DNA of 64,000 bases from an uncultured Nitrososphaerales archaeon. GTDB taxonomy: Archaea > Thermoproteota > Nitrososphaeria > Nitrososphaerales > Nitrososphaeraceae. The translations under genes were made by a program, and so were the position numbers. Location: the NCBI GenBank assembly GCA_963709405.1, contig CAVPXM010000021.1, positions 224,001 to 288,000 of the forward strand, in the 5' to 3' direction. Under the pieces are notes generated by a model. It was not told the origin of the DNA. It did no database searches and worked only from the letters and a program-made list of their open reading frames with translations. Shown here piece by piece: positions 34,566 through 46,090 of this stretch. The first letter of the stretch is position 1. Each line of letters opens with the position of its first letter.

Positions 34566-35609
34566 TGTTGTACTTCCTAACATAGGTGACATTATAGCTT
34601 ACCGACATGGGTTACACTTCTGCTGTCAGGAAGTGTATCCATATAGAAATCAAAACAAGGTTTAATCTAATACATGAGAAAGAATGGACTGGTGATACCA
34701 TAAGCATTATTTGTAAAAGATATGGTGTCTCCAGGAAGACGTATTACAAATGGAATAAGAGATATGAACAGAAAGGAACAGAAGGTCTATCCGATAACTC
34801 AAGAAGACCTCATAATATCAAGTACAAGAAGATAACATCTGAAACACAGGAGACAATACTTGATCTACGATTAACCAAGAGATTTGGATGTAAAAGGATC
34901 AAGTTTAGATTGAGAAAGATTATTGGAATCTCATAAGCACTCGAACCATATACAAGATACTAAAGAGACATGGTCTAAATGTTCTAAACTGTAAGACAAG
35001 GAATAATCAAAAATACAAAAGGTTTGCAATGAAACGACCTAACGATATGGTACAGATGGATATTCTTGGACCGTTTTATATTCGTAATTCTAGTCAAAGG
35101 AATTATTACATCATTAGCTGTCTGGACGATTGTTCAAGAATAGTAGCTAGCAGATGGTCTGAAAGGAAGAGGTCAGTAGATGTTCTTAACGTACTGGAAG
35201 AATGGATAATCCTTAATGGTAAGCCTAAGAAGATAATGCATGACAATGGAAAGCAGTTTACATCCAAAATATTCAGACATTTCCTCGTACAATCAGATAA
35301 AGGATAAGCAAATACCAAATTCTTATCCACAGTTAAAAGGGAAGATAGAAGCATATAACAAGATAGTAAAGAATGAGTTCCTAGCAGTTGAGGATATACC
35401 AAACACAGATGATGGTAAAATAAGATATGATAGTATGTTTGTTAAAGCATATAACGAAACCAGAGAACATGGAGGAATAAATGGTCTTACTCCATCAGAG
35501 ATGTTTCTACAAAGAATTAATTACATCCACCATACAGTACAAGAACAAAGCAGCAAAGTGTAACCCATGTAGGTAATCGAAAATGTAACCTATCTGTGTA
35601 AGTACGACA
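34566..35609 (+). mobile_element. IS481-family element with frameshifted transposase
   Basis: TGT...ACA ends; ~50-bp imperfect TIRs; 6-bp TSD ACTAGT (34560-34565, 35610-35615); HTH (SRKTYYKW..RY), QMDILG, DDCSR, HDNGKQF, GKIE.YN, YN..R.H. Confidence 0.93.
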
Positions 35610-35629
35610 ACTAGTCAACATAAATATCA

Positions 35630-35773
35630 TCATAATCGGTGTAGACCTGCTGAATTACAGAATTGGCAATTTCCAAATAGATTATAGTTCATTTCCCATG
35701 ACTCCTTACCAAATATCTGTAAATGAGTATTGATCTCATCAGGAATTAATTGTGACGATCTATTCTTATCAAT
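35630..35773 (-). pseudogene. degenerate copy of the small Cys-rich gene at 59883-60053
   Basis: QLIPDEINTHLQIFGKESWEMNYNLFGNCQFCN; start ATG replaced by ATT, C-terminus diverged; upstream region also homologous. Confidence 0.7.
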
Positions 35774-35924
35774 TATATTAAAATAAAATAAATTCGTTAC
35801 ATCATATTTAAATTCGATCTTTGTCGATTTAGAATATACATAGAATATACACTACAACATTATTCTATCTACAATAAGAGCATGATCATCTGAAAAGGCT
35901 CATACTAGGTCCATTCACTTACTA

Positions 35925-36416
35925 TTATTGCCATTCTAAATTTCTAATCATATCGATTAATGTATTATGGCTACATTCCACTTCTGTAGTTATGTATAGA
36001 AGCTGGTTATCACCTAATGGCATTGTTATTCGTTTAACCTTTTCGTATTCCGCCAAGACATACTTTCCCTTTCCAATCTTCGATGCAAGTTCACTCCGTA
36101 TCTTCCAACTCTTTACAGCTAGTTCAAGTGAATTTCTGCTTTCCTCGGGAGTGAGCATATTCTTTGTTCCTTGTCTATGACCAGAATACATTATTTCGCC
36201 ATTAAGATCGCATATTGTAACCAATCTAACCGCTGGATCACTCATTACTCTTTCATATAGGTGTTTATAATTAAGGTAAGTATAATGGATAGTCCTTTTC
36301 TGATGGCTCCTGACTTTACACTCCTCTGAACAAAAGAAATTTCCGCAGCATGAACATTCTATCGCATAATCTTGAGATTTCTTGCCACACATAACACATG
36401 TTGCGCTCATATCCAT
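35925..36416 (-). CDS. DUF6659-like protein with N-terminal Cys-rich Zn finger
   Basis: CVMC..CSCC..FCSEEC...H then D..VRLVTICD.NG.I, IGKGKYVLAEYEKVKRITMP. Confidence 0.75.
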   Translation of the reverse strand: MDMSATCVMCGKKSQDYAIECSCCGNFFCSEECKVRSHQKRTIHYTYLNYKHLYERVMSDPAVRLVTICDLNGEIMYSGHRQGTKNMLTPEESRNSLELAVKSWKIRSELASKIGKGKYVLAEYEKVKRITMPLGDNQLLYITTEVECSHNTLIDMIRNLEWQ

Positions 36417-37220
36417 GTAACTAATATAAGAATGAGTATGATAAAAACTTGACACGATTTTCTAGCGTTTTACATTAACCACATCATACTGATTTGATAC
36501 GACTTTCATCTAAAAGCAAGAATGTTGAAGGTGGTCCTAATTATGAAGACTTGATTGAACATGCTAATACCTCAGGAAATCTCATAATAAGAATGTGTGA
36601 AATCCTTTGCGAAATTGTAGAAGAGAATTGATAAATGATGATTATGGCTCAGAATTTTGTTAGGCAAGAAATTTGACTCAACCATTATAACAAAATAAGT
36701 TGGTTGTGAATATCCCCTTATACAACAACCTTTTAGGAAGGGTTACCAGATGATGGTTTACAGAGAAAAATCTACCTAGCAACAGAAAGTCTTCCCACAT
36801 TGTTTTGCAGATTAGTATAAGTGATGGAAGTTTATCAAAGCTTAATTATTCCTCAAACATACCTGTCTTTAACCCAATCTATTCATCATAATCCAAAATG
36901 TTGCCTTGGTCTGGCTTAATAATATTAAGTTCGTGGTATAGTCCTGGACCAAGGCTTCAAGTTTTCTTGCGAAATTACCAGTTAAGACGAATTTTGTAAT
37001 ATTATGATATCATGTTTAGACGTCGTATTGATATCAACGGCAAGACTCATTCGTGACTATACGAATTAAATCCTTGACACTTGCTACGCCTTTAGGTTTA
37101 GATAGGGAGTTAGATCATAGCTTAGGTACCGTTTGTCGATGATTAGCAGGGTATTGAAAATTGTGTTACGAAAATACGTAAAAATATCTAAAAAAGTAAA
37201 TGGAGATTATAGTGCTACAG

Positions 37221-37514
37221 TTATGGGTTTGGTGGTATAGGTATTGGCTGTGTCACGGAATTTGAAGGACTTGTTGCGTTTGTCGCTGGCGATGGTGTCG
37301 CTGGAATACCACATATCTTTGATTCGGTTGAATTGACAAATTTTAGGCGCGGATTACTTGGATTACAAAACGCCCTTTTCTCTTCTGCACTCATTTGCTG
37401 GGCTTGACTTATGCTAACTGTCTCAATTTGTGCTATTATTACTGTTATCGTAACAGCCACAGCAAGCTTTATCACCGTGGATCGAGTTATCGTTTTATTC
37501 ATCAAGCTGTACAT
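37221..37514 (-). CDS. small secreted protein
   Basis: Signal peptide; C.P.NP.L.FVNSTES..CG.P; Pro/Thr/Ser tail. Confidence 0.65.
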   Translation of the reverse strand: MYSLMNKTITRSTVIKLAVAVTITVIIAQIETVSISQAQQMSAEEKRAFCNPSNPRLKFVNSTESKICGIPATPSPATNATSPSNSVTQPIPIPPNP

Positions 37515-38128
37515 TGAGAATATCGAATATTTAAGTATCTCTTATCCAAATTAATTTAGTCAGATACAATCCACATGTTAAGCAAACCTTTATTAGATTT
37601 TCCCTCTTATTTCCTCAGCCCATCGACATATAATTATTATTAATAAGTACTTTCTTTGCAAATTTTGTAGATAGTCCACGTATGTCGATTTCCTCTGAGT
37701 CGAAGATTTCACGCTTCGATTATTCTCGAATCTTAAGAGTACTATAATACAGTATGGAAAATATTTGTCAGAGTCGGTCGTACAACGAAACGGTTTCTGC
37801 CTCTAATTCAAAAAGATTAAAAGCCCGCAAAAAAGTGACTTGGTTGAAAATGATAATTGGATTAAATCATCAACACAAAACTTAATGATGGAAATTAAAA
37901 TACAATTAATGTTTTACAATACCTGATTCACAAAAGCCAAACCTGACGAGAATGAAATGACTACTCCAAGCAACGAAAGATATAACAGTAAGAGCGATGG
38001 GAAAGGCCTTGTTAAAAACAAAAGACTATGTATTATTTCAAACTATGATAATCACGGAAATGCCTTTGAATAGTGCAAGAAATGAAAATGGCCTTAATTT
38101 ATATAACTGGGATCCAAAGAATTGAATC

Positions 38129-38473
38129 TCATATACCTGAGGTCTCTGCTTTCTCTATTTGTATAGTAACAGCGTCTCCTACTCTTAGCCCGGTATCTTC
38201 ATATTCTCTCATACTAAGTTTGAATGTAGGTGATTCAGATAATCCCATACCTCCTAATCCACCTCCACCTAGTATATTCGACATCGCTTTAGGTAGATTT
38301 TTCATCAAGTCCTCTGGTGAAGTGAAAGCAAATGCTTTGGCACCGAACGGACTCTGAGGTTGTTTTTGTAACCTTTCTTCGCTAGAAGAGCTTGGATCAG
38401 TAAAACCAACATAAACGTAAGGGCTTCCATCCTGCGAGGCTTCAATCCTTGATACAATAAATTTTTTTTTCAT
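38129..38473 (-). CDS. hypothetical protein, possibly arcadin-1-like beta-barrel
   Basis: FIVSRI....DGSPYVYV ... TFKLS.REYE..GL.VGD.VTI.IE; probable start MKKKF. Confidence 0.65.
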   Translation of the reverse strand: MKKKFIVSRIEASQDGSPYVYVGFTDPSSSSEERLQKQPQSPFGAKAFAFTSPEDLMKNLPKAMSNILGGGGLGGMGLSESPTFKLSMREYEDTGLRVGDAVTIQIEKAETSGI

Positions 38474-38983
38474 TTTTATAACAATAATGACAAATGACAA
38501 TCGCAACTTATATATGTTGATGGATGAATTGAATTCAACTCTCTGGGTTTTAGACGATGTCTACGCTAAAGATGATTGATTGGAGTTCACAATCATGAAA
38601 AGATCTGCAACTTGTAACAACACATTCTCTCCTTCTCCTTTTCGCTAAAACTTGAACATAATATAAGATTCATTACATATATTCTGTACTATTTTTGTAA
38701 CCTGTATAAATTAATCAAATTTTTCTACAGATACTTTTTCTATATCCTTCCGAACGTGCTATGAGATTCTGTGTTATCTTTCACTTGTTTATGTGAATAT
38801 AAACTGTGTATACAAACCCACACAACTTCTTGAAATATACTATCTGCGGGCAATTTAAAGTGGAGTAAAAACGTCTACATATGTTTCCTATTCTTGAGCC
38901 TCTCTACCTATTAACATGAACCATGAACGTACACCGTGTTCATAGTTAATATTTAGTATATTGAAACATGATCCTACCTATAA

Positions 38984-39736
38984 TTAGAATTCTTCTATTC
39001 TGTTACTAAGTATTGTACAAAAATCATGCCACTTTTTTGAATTGGACACTCCCCATTGCTCAAAACAAATAACGTTGGATAAACCCAACCTAGATATCCA
39101 GCCTAAAATTTCCAGGTCGGGTTTGGGTGAAAATTTTTCAACATATCCCAGACAGAGGTACGCTATTGGCCTGATATGCATTGGTATTTCCAGAATTTGA
39201 TGCAAGTCTTCATTTGCAAGTATACTAACCCAACCTACTCCTATGCCTTCAACTCTAGCAGCTAACCAAAGATTCTGAATCGCGCAGCAAACACTATAAA
39301 CTCCTGTTTCCTCTATGGATGTCCTTCCAAGAACAAAAGGCCCAAACCTTGTTGGATCATAAGTGACACATATGTTTATTGCCGATTCCATTATTCCTTC
39401 TAACTTTAATGACACGTATTTTACTTGTTTTTGCTTATCGTTATCAAGCATAGAAACTGATTTCTTGTATTCTTTTAAGAAGGATTTCTTGACTTGTTCT
39501 TTAATCGAGTTTTCCGTTATAAGAATAAAATTCCATGGTTGAGAATAGCCTACCGATGGTGCATGATGTGCAGCATTAAGAATTCTTAATAGAACATCAT
39601 TTGGAATGGCTTTACCACTTATAAAACGAGAGCGAACATCTCGTCTCGAAAATATTGCCTTATAAAAAGCTTCTTTTTCGTGATTTGAGAAAGGAACATC
39701 GCTGTAATCATTACCGCGTCGACTCTTAGATATCAT
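38984..39736 (-). CDS. bluB: 5,6-dimethylbenzimidazole synthase (nitroreductase fold)
   Basis: RRDVR, AAHHAPSVG.SQPWNFI, LKLEGI.ES, YSVCCAIQNLWLAAR.EG.GVGWVSI, AYLCLGY. Confidence 0.9.
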   Translation of the reverse strand: MISKSRRGNDYSDVPFSNHEKEAFYKAIFSRRDVRSRFISGKAIPNDVLLRILNAAHHAPSVGYSQPWNFILITENSIKEQVKKSFLKEYKKSVSMLDNDKQKQVKYVSLKLEGIMESAINICVTYDPTRFGPFVLGRTSIEETGVYSVCCAIQNLWLAARVEGIGVGWVSILANEDLHQILEIPMHIRPIAYLCLGYVEKFSPKPDLEILGWISRLGLSNVICFEQWGVSNSKKWHDFCTILSNRIEEF

Positions 39737-40171
39737 GATTATCGCATATGTAATAATTCTCCTATAATAATTCAGCTACCAAATAAAGTCATCTATATCC
39801 AACTATTTGATAAAGGTTAGTATGACATGAATAAATTGTAGAGATATATTTCATCATAATTTGATCAATTTAGGGTATTAGTCTATTTCGTATGTTTTCA
39901 TATATTGTAATATCAAGAAATTTTACACATCTGAAATCCCAAGACGATATATAATCTCAACCTAACACAAATTTACAAAGAGGTATTTATTTCACACTTC
40001 AAGGCAGCACTCACTTCTTCATCGGGCCAACTTATTACTCATATCGATAGAATTAAAGACTTACAATAGTTGTTGACATATTTAAAATAAATTATCTCTT
40101 TATGTCGTACCATGACTATACGTACCATTCTTTTTAACTAGTAGTTTTTCCATTTTACAGTATCAAGCTCA

Positions 40172-41017
40172 CTATCTTTTTAGATAACGTGTTCTTTCAG
40201 TTATATTTTCCATAGCAATCCTAACATATTGTTCATCTATTTCTGTTCCCAAGTAGTCTATACCCAATGAGAGGCAAGCCAATGCAGTAGTCCCTATTCC
40301 CATAAAAGGGTCATATACTAACAATCTATCTTTAATTCCGTGTAATTTAATACACAGACATGGTAACTTTTCTGGAAATACAGCCGGATGTGGGCGGCGC
40401 TCTGTAACAGTAGGATATGGAATAAACCATACATTGCCCCTATCTCGTTTATCTTGTGTAGCAGATTTCCATCTACCTATGTTCGTCTTGTCTTGATATT
40501 GAACACCTATTGAAAGTTTGCTCAATTCCAGACATCCAGTTTTTGTGAAGTGAAATATGTACTCTTGAAAATCACTCAAAAACCTTTTACTAACAATAGG
40601 TTTAAAATGACCAACTGACACGCTATCTCGTAGCGAATTACTTCTTCCTATGTCTTCTTTTTCAATAGTTACAGACTTAATCCAATGAATAACATTTTGT
40701 AATTTGTAATCTTCTTTGATAAATTGTTGTGCTATCTTAAATGGTAGGGTTGGTTCTGAATGCATAGCGCCAACATTAAGGAAAAATGAACCATCTTCTT
40801 TTAAAATATTTACGCTTTTCCTGGCGATGGTTTGAAGCCAGGACAGATAATCCTTTTCCTGTCTATTGTCATGATAAGAACCGTATTCCTTATTAATGTT
40901 GTATGGTGGAGATGTAACAATAATGTCTATCCTGATTTCATTGTCCATTAGCCTATTCATAAAGCCAACACAGTCTTCGTGATAAACTTTATTTATCTCA
41001 ATCAATGACGGTACCAA
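40172..41017 (-). CDS. orphan beta-class amino DNA methyltransferase (probably N4-cytosine)
   Basis: TSPPYN catalytic motif before DPFMGIGTT SAM motif; HPAVFP; no adjacent nuclease. Confidence 0.9.
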   Translation of the reverse strand: MVPSLIEINKVYHEDCVGFMNRLMDNEIRIDIIVTSPPYNINKEYGSYHDNRQEKDYLSWLQTIARKSVNILKEDGSFFLNVGAMHSEPTLPFKIAQQFIKEDYKLQNVIHWIKSVTIEKEDIGRSNSLRDSVSVGHFKPIVSKRFLSDFQEYIFHFTKTGCLELSKLSIGVQYQDKTNIGRWKSATQDKRDRGNVWFIPYPTVTERRPHPAVFPEKLPCLCIKLHGIKDRLLVYDPFMGIGTTALACLSLGIDYLGTEIDEQYVRIAMENITERTRYLKR

Positions 41018-41226
41018 TCCAATAACTACATCGTTTAAATTGTTTGTTTATATAATATTTGATTGGTATCATAACAGGATCATATAGAAAAATTTTTGCA
41101 TAGCATATTCCATTTCAAACCAAAACCGGCCAATTTATTTATTTCTTCGGGCATGACTTTTCCCATTTAAACAGCGGTATCTTGAATTTGAGACAATATG
41201 ACCTCGCACAAACATAACTGATTTTA

Positions 41227-41892
41227 TCAAATAACTACGCGCTGATCGCTTTGTGGGTAAGGATATTCCATGTGTCTAGCAGTGGCCTTTCCAACCTCGG
41301 TCCCGAAAAAGTGGCTTACAATTCTTAGGGCTAGGTCGATGCCCGAAGAAATACCTGCTGAGGTATAGATTGGCTCGGTAGTTGTAAATCGAACATTTTC
41401 ACGTATTTTGACCATCGGCGCTGATTCACGAAGAAAATCGAATGCGCGCCAGTGTGTAGTCGCTTCCCGTCCGTCCAACAATCCTGCCTTTCCAAGAAGG
41501 CTCGAACCAGTGCATACTGATGCCGTTAATCTAGCTTTGACTGCCCGATCTGCAATCCATCTGAGTAAGGCCTTATTACTTATTTGCTTACGCGTACCCC
41601 ATCCGCCAGGGATGATCAATAAATCTAGATCTGGGCACTTGTGCATTGTCGTATCAGGAATAAATATCAGGCCACCAACCGCAGTAACCTGATCTGTATT
41701 TTCTGATACTAAGATTACCTTAAAAGGCGATGGTTCTTCACATCGGCGATTTTCGTTCAAACGGGTTACAGAAAATACCTCAAATGGTCCTGCAACATCC
41801 AAGACCTCCACTTGATCAAAGATTAGAATTCCGACTGTCATCTTGCTATTTTGCTTCATTCCAGAAAATATGCTATTATTGGGAGTGGTCAT
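41227..41892 (-). CDS. DJ-1/PfpI family protein
   Basis: EVLDVAGPFEVF, IPGG.G, SVCTG, ATTHW, TSAGISSGID. Confidence 0.9.
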   Translation of the reverse strand: MTTPNNSIFSGMKQNSKMTVGILIFDQVEVLDVAGPFEVFSVTRLNENRRCEEPSPFKVILVSENTDQVTAVGGLIFIPDTTMHKCPDLDLLIIPGGWGTRKQISNKALLRWIADRAVKARLTASVCTGSSLLGKAGLLDGREATTHWRAFDFLRESAPMVKIRENVRFTTTEPIYTSAGISSGIDLALRIVSHFFGTEVGKATARHMEYPYPQSDQRVVI

Positions 41893-42276
41893 GGTTAAAC
41901 CTTAAAAATTACTATTATCTTACAATTTATTTTTATCGTAACCGCAAACAACCTAATACCTATATACTTCAATGGACAATTATGATTAACATATTAATCT
42001 AATTAATTCATGCCAGTTTATGAATCGCTTAATGTAATAATAATCTCAATAATAGTTCCAATCTTAGGAGTGATGTGACGAGCGGCAGGTCGGGGCATCT
42101 TTACTCGCAGTTGGGTTTGCCTTACAGGTCATTGGAAATGTCTTCGAATAGCCACTACCGTAGCACTTGAAACGCGCTTGATGATAGATATCCAAATATT
42201 TAGAGTTTTAGATGTGATGTTTAGAGCCTTATATGTAAAAAAATTGAATATTTTTATATTCTATAGTCAAGAGTAT

Positions 42277-42468
42277 ATGGTAGTGGTTATGAACTCTTTT
42301 AGTCACAAGAGTAGTACAACTCGACGGATAGAAGACATGATGGCAGGTAGTATTATCACTGAGTTAGAAACTGCAAATACTCAGCTGGCAAGCCATGTCA
42401 TTCGGGAAGGAAAAATTCTTGGGTTAGATAAAAACTGCGACTATTGCCGCATTTACTTTGAATATTAA
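42277..42468 (+). CDS. small hypothetical protein with C-terminal CxxC
   Basis: H......G.DKNCDYCR; start uncertain (ORF track 42178). Confidence 0.45.
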   Translation: MVVVMNSFSHKSSTTRRIEDMMAGSIITELETANTQLASHVIREGKILGLDKNCDYCRIYFEY

Positions 42469-42531
42469 CCATTTTGAATTACCGTTAAAATTGAATCTTT
42501 ATTATTGAACTCTCCGATATTATTTGTCATA

Positions 42532-42669
42532 ATGAGTGCAGCGACATTTACTTGCAATCCTTGTAAAGCTAAATTTGAGGTAATTGATATATCAACCAAA
42601 AACAAGGCTAGGTATTGTCCATAGTGTGGGGATATTGCGATAGAAGCAGCTAACTTAATTCTTTGTTAA
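42532..42669 (+). pseudogene. small Zn-ribbon protein with in-frame TAG
   Basis: MSAATFTCNPCKAKFEV...RYCP*CGD; TAG at 42622-42624 inside the second CPxCG. Confidence 0.6.
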
Positions 42670-43405
42670 CTTTTCAATTTTTTACACGTCATATTTGGTG
42701 TATCAGATGATCTGGAGAAAAATATGGTGTGATTGCAGATTTATTCGTAGAATTGAATCTTGAGTCTTCCACACCCGGGATACCAAGAATATTTTCTAAC
42801 CTAAGGAAGAATTGGAGATACATACAATGCTGATATAATAATAGAATGTAATTAGAATGCGAAATAATCCCGGGTATCTCGGGTGCAATGATGTGCCAAT
42901 TAACTATTATAATTTTAGTTCAGTATTTCTCGGATAGGGCTGCCTGTCCATTTGCTCTTAGTACAGACCATAGGGTTATTCCTGACCTTACGTACTCTCA
43001 TCTCTGGTACCACTTGGCCTATCATGCACAATATGTGTTGATAACTTGCCCAGCATATGCTTATTTCCAGACGACTCAAAATAAGGTAACATTGTTAGCA
43101 GGTGAAAGTCCGAATGCGCTTCTTGTTTATTTATGTCGGTTACACGCCTTATGATAAATATCTAGTCTGACATATATGACTTCTCTGACACACCAGTGGA
43201 ATCACCGTCGTGGTTGTATGAGCTGGATGTCTAGCCTATCTGATATATTTGACATATCTGACACCAGATCTGGATTGGGTTCATGACATCAGACCTATGA
43301 AGCAGGTCACCGATTGAATTGTCGAATAAGAGAAAAAGTTTGAGTCTATTTGTCGCCGTTAATTGCGACGGACTGTCTATCTAATATAACCATTCAAAAA
43401 AGGAT

Positions 43406-43603
43406 ATGGTATTATTAACAATATTGTCTATAGAGCTATTGATGAGCGTAGAAAGGAAAAATCCACTAAAGCGCGATCAAGCATTAAATGATGCTACTAG
43501 CGGGCAAATCGAACAGCCAAGACCTGAACCATCAAAACCAGCAGATGACAACTTTAATGAGCAACGTGTAAGAACTGCTCGTAAAATGTCGAGAGATCTG
43601 TAA
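43406..43603 (+). CDS. small hypothetical protein (start probably 43442)
   Basis: Hydrophilic 53-65 aa ORF. Confidence 0.5.
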   Translation: MVLLTILSIELLMSVERKNPLKRDQALNDATSGQIEQPRPEPSKPADDNFNEQRVRTARKMSRDL

Positions 43604-45584
43604 TACATATTTTTAGCTTCGCTTGCATTAACCGATATTTATATAGAAGCTTCATTTTGGAAACAGATGCGGAGTAAGTCGAAGACGGAACGAAGATTTT
43701 TGATGACTATTATTATCCATGTAGAAAACATCTAGCAATTAAGATAGCAATGACAACACAGATTCAGATCTACTGTATATATCCGATAAAGAAAACAAAT
43801 CTTAGAATAAGTGTCCCATAATAGATTTATGTTATCTGCTCCCTAAAACACCTAGATATATCATCAATTTATACCCGAATCGACCGATTTAATAAATTAA
43901 TAAATTTATCTCGATACTAACAGCATCAGGCTCTATTTATCAGCTAATTCATGATCCTGTCTATGATATTCAATAACTTCAATAACTTCAATCTGTGCTT
44001 CTCAGGATCTTGTACTTGAGTGATGTTTCATAGATTTCAGATCACTCTTTACTTCAGAATACAAATACAGTCAAAGTATCCCTGGATTATGCGGAATTAT
44101 TGCATGACGTGGACTTTGATCAAAAGTATCTGTTGGAATTGGTGCATATGGTGTATTTAGATCATAATATTACCCAATTAGTATTTTATTTCATTCTGTC
44201 TAGATAGGATTTCTAATGCCTGGGTATTCTGGTTTATATATAAAAACCCATACTGTTCATAGAGCTAACGCCATACATTAAGGTTATTTGGATGTTATAC
44301 ATCCGGAGCTCCAGCGAGTATAGATGGATCATATGATTCGCACCATGGTACTGAGTTATTTCGAGTGTCTTGGACATGAGAAAAGCATTATCTAAACTAC
44401 TATGACATAGACGTAATCCCTCTATAGATCAGTTGTTTAATCTTTGGTTAAACTGGGGCAATTTAATCTAATGATGTGAATATGTTATTTATAAGATCTG
44501 AAGTCATCTGAGTTACAATACCGACTAAGCAGTTTAGGTCTAGTCAAGATGCACCCATCAGTGACGTTTTCCTATCCCAATAACAGAACTGGCATTCACC
44601 TTGAAGGCATCACGTTAGTCGTAACTAAGATGCCGAACTGTCATAATATTACAATTCAGAAAATATTTATAATCTGGTAATACCTCATAGGTTTAATCGA
44701 CTACATGCAATCGGAAAAATAGTTTCATAGTTGATGTTTGGAATGTAAAATCGATGACAAAATTGATGAGTCATTGAATAATCTCATTTTTATAAGCCAA
44801 ACGTTCCAAACTCACTCTAGCTATAGAGGTGACCATGATACCACTGCACCGAGCACCTGTGTTGTAGATATGTCAATTGACAATCTTGTAGCACTTACGA
44901 GAAGGTTTGCAATACTTGACGCGAGGTTATTACAATAGTAGAGCTTTTTATCTCAGCTAAATTGAAGTTTCGGAAGCTTTGGAGATACCGCATTTTCTAT
45001 CCTTTCCGAATTTGCTAACCGTGGCTATCTGATCTCAATATATTTTGGATGCTAATTGCGTGAATGTTTGAACTTGCAATAAGCAGCTTTTTTACATGCT
45101 AAAAATTCATTCTGATTAGTCATAGATGGTTTTTACTGAAGGTAATTAACGACATTCGAATACAATAAGTAATGATGATTGAAAACATACTCTATGTAGT
45201 TATCGGGTTTGTTGTTACCTATCTATCACTGGAATTGGTGTGGCACAGTAAAAGTATCCCGGTATTATAGCATTTATTGCGTAAGAAGGACTTGGTCGTA
45301 AAGCACTTAGGATAGATTGGGTCTAATTAATGGCCCACAAATTCTTGTTTATATCACTAAGACAAAACGGGTGATAAAAATAACGAGAATTTTTTTGTCG
45401 GCGCACTAATTTGCCATACTTATATCAACCCTAGGACTTTTTATGGACAGGGTGATCCAGTAAGTATTCCTGAAGCAACTAATTCTCCTGGCGTTAATCT
45501 TTCATCACAAAGTGCGTTTCCGACATTGCCTATACCGAAACGGCCGGGCTGATTATCTTCAAAATTTGGCGGATTACCTGCCGC

Positions 45585-45960
45585 TCACTCCACTGCGAAG
45601 GCCTGCCGAAGCCATGACTAGTATGATACGTTTATCTCGTAACTGAGCGGCGTCAACCAACGTTTTGATTTGCTCGTGAGTATACGATTTATCTTAGACT
45701 ATGCTTCTGTATTTGGCTTTAAACTTATTGAGTTTATTCCATCTTATAATTACGTCGTTCATTTCAAAAAAGTGTCCAATTGGTGCTAAGGATGAAGAAA
45801 CTGATGCTAGTGCTAATTTTCTGTGATGTCTTAGGTGAATAATATATTCTCTTATTAGGACTTCAAGCATTTTTGCTAAATTAGTAACATTTCTTCATAT
45901 GCCTTTTTGTTGCAAAATTTCATAAAATAACTAAACATTGTACTATAATCTTTTCTTGTC
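45585..45960 (-). pseudogene. tyrosine recombinase/integrase N-terminal remnant
   Basis: HFFEMNDV..RWNKL.KFK, DKSYTHEQIKTLVDAAQLRDKRIILVMASAGLR (first catalytic Arg); internal stops. Confidence 0.75.
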
Positions 45961-46090
45961 GCCTCACTTTTAATACTACTAATGAAAATCTTGTATGCTT
46001 CACATTCTAAAATTGCTCAGACATAACATTCTGAGCGCGAAACTGATAATTAAAAGTACTATACGTTATTCTTAACTATGGATAAGAATA

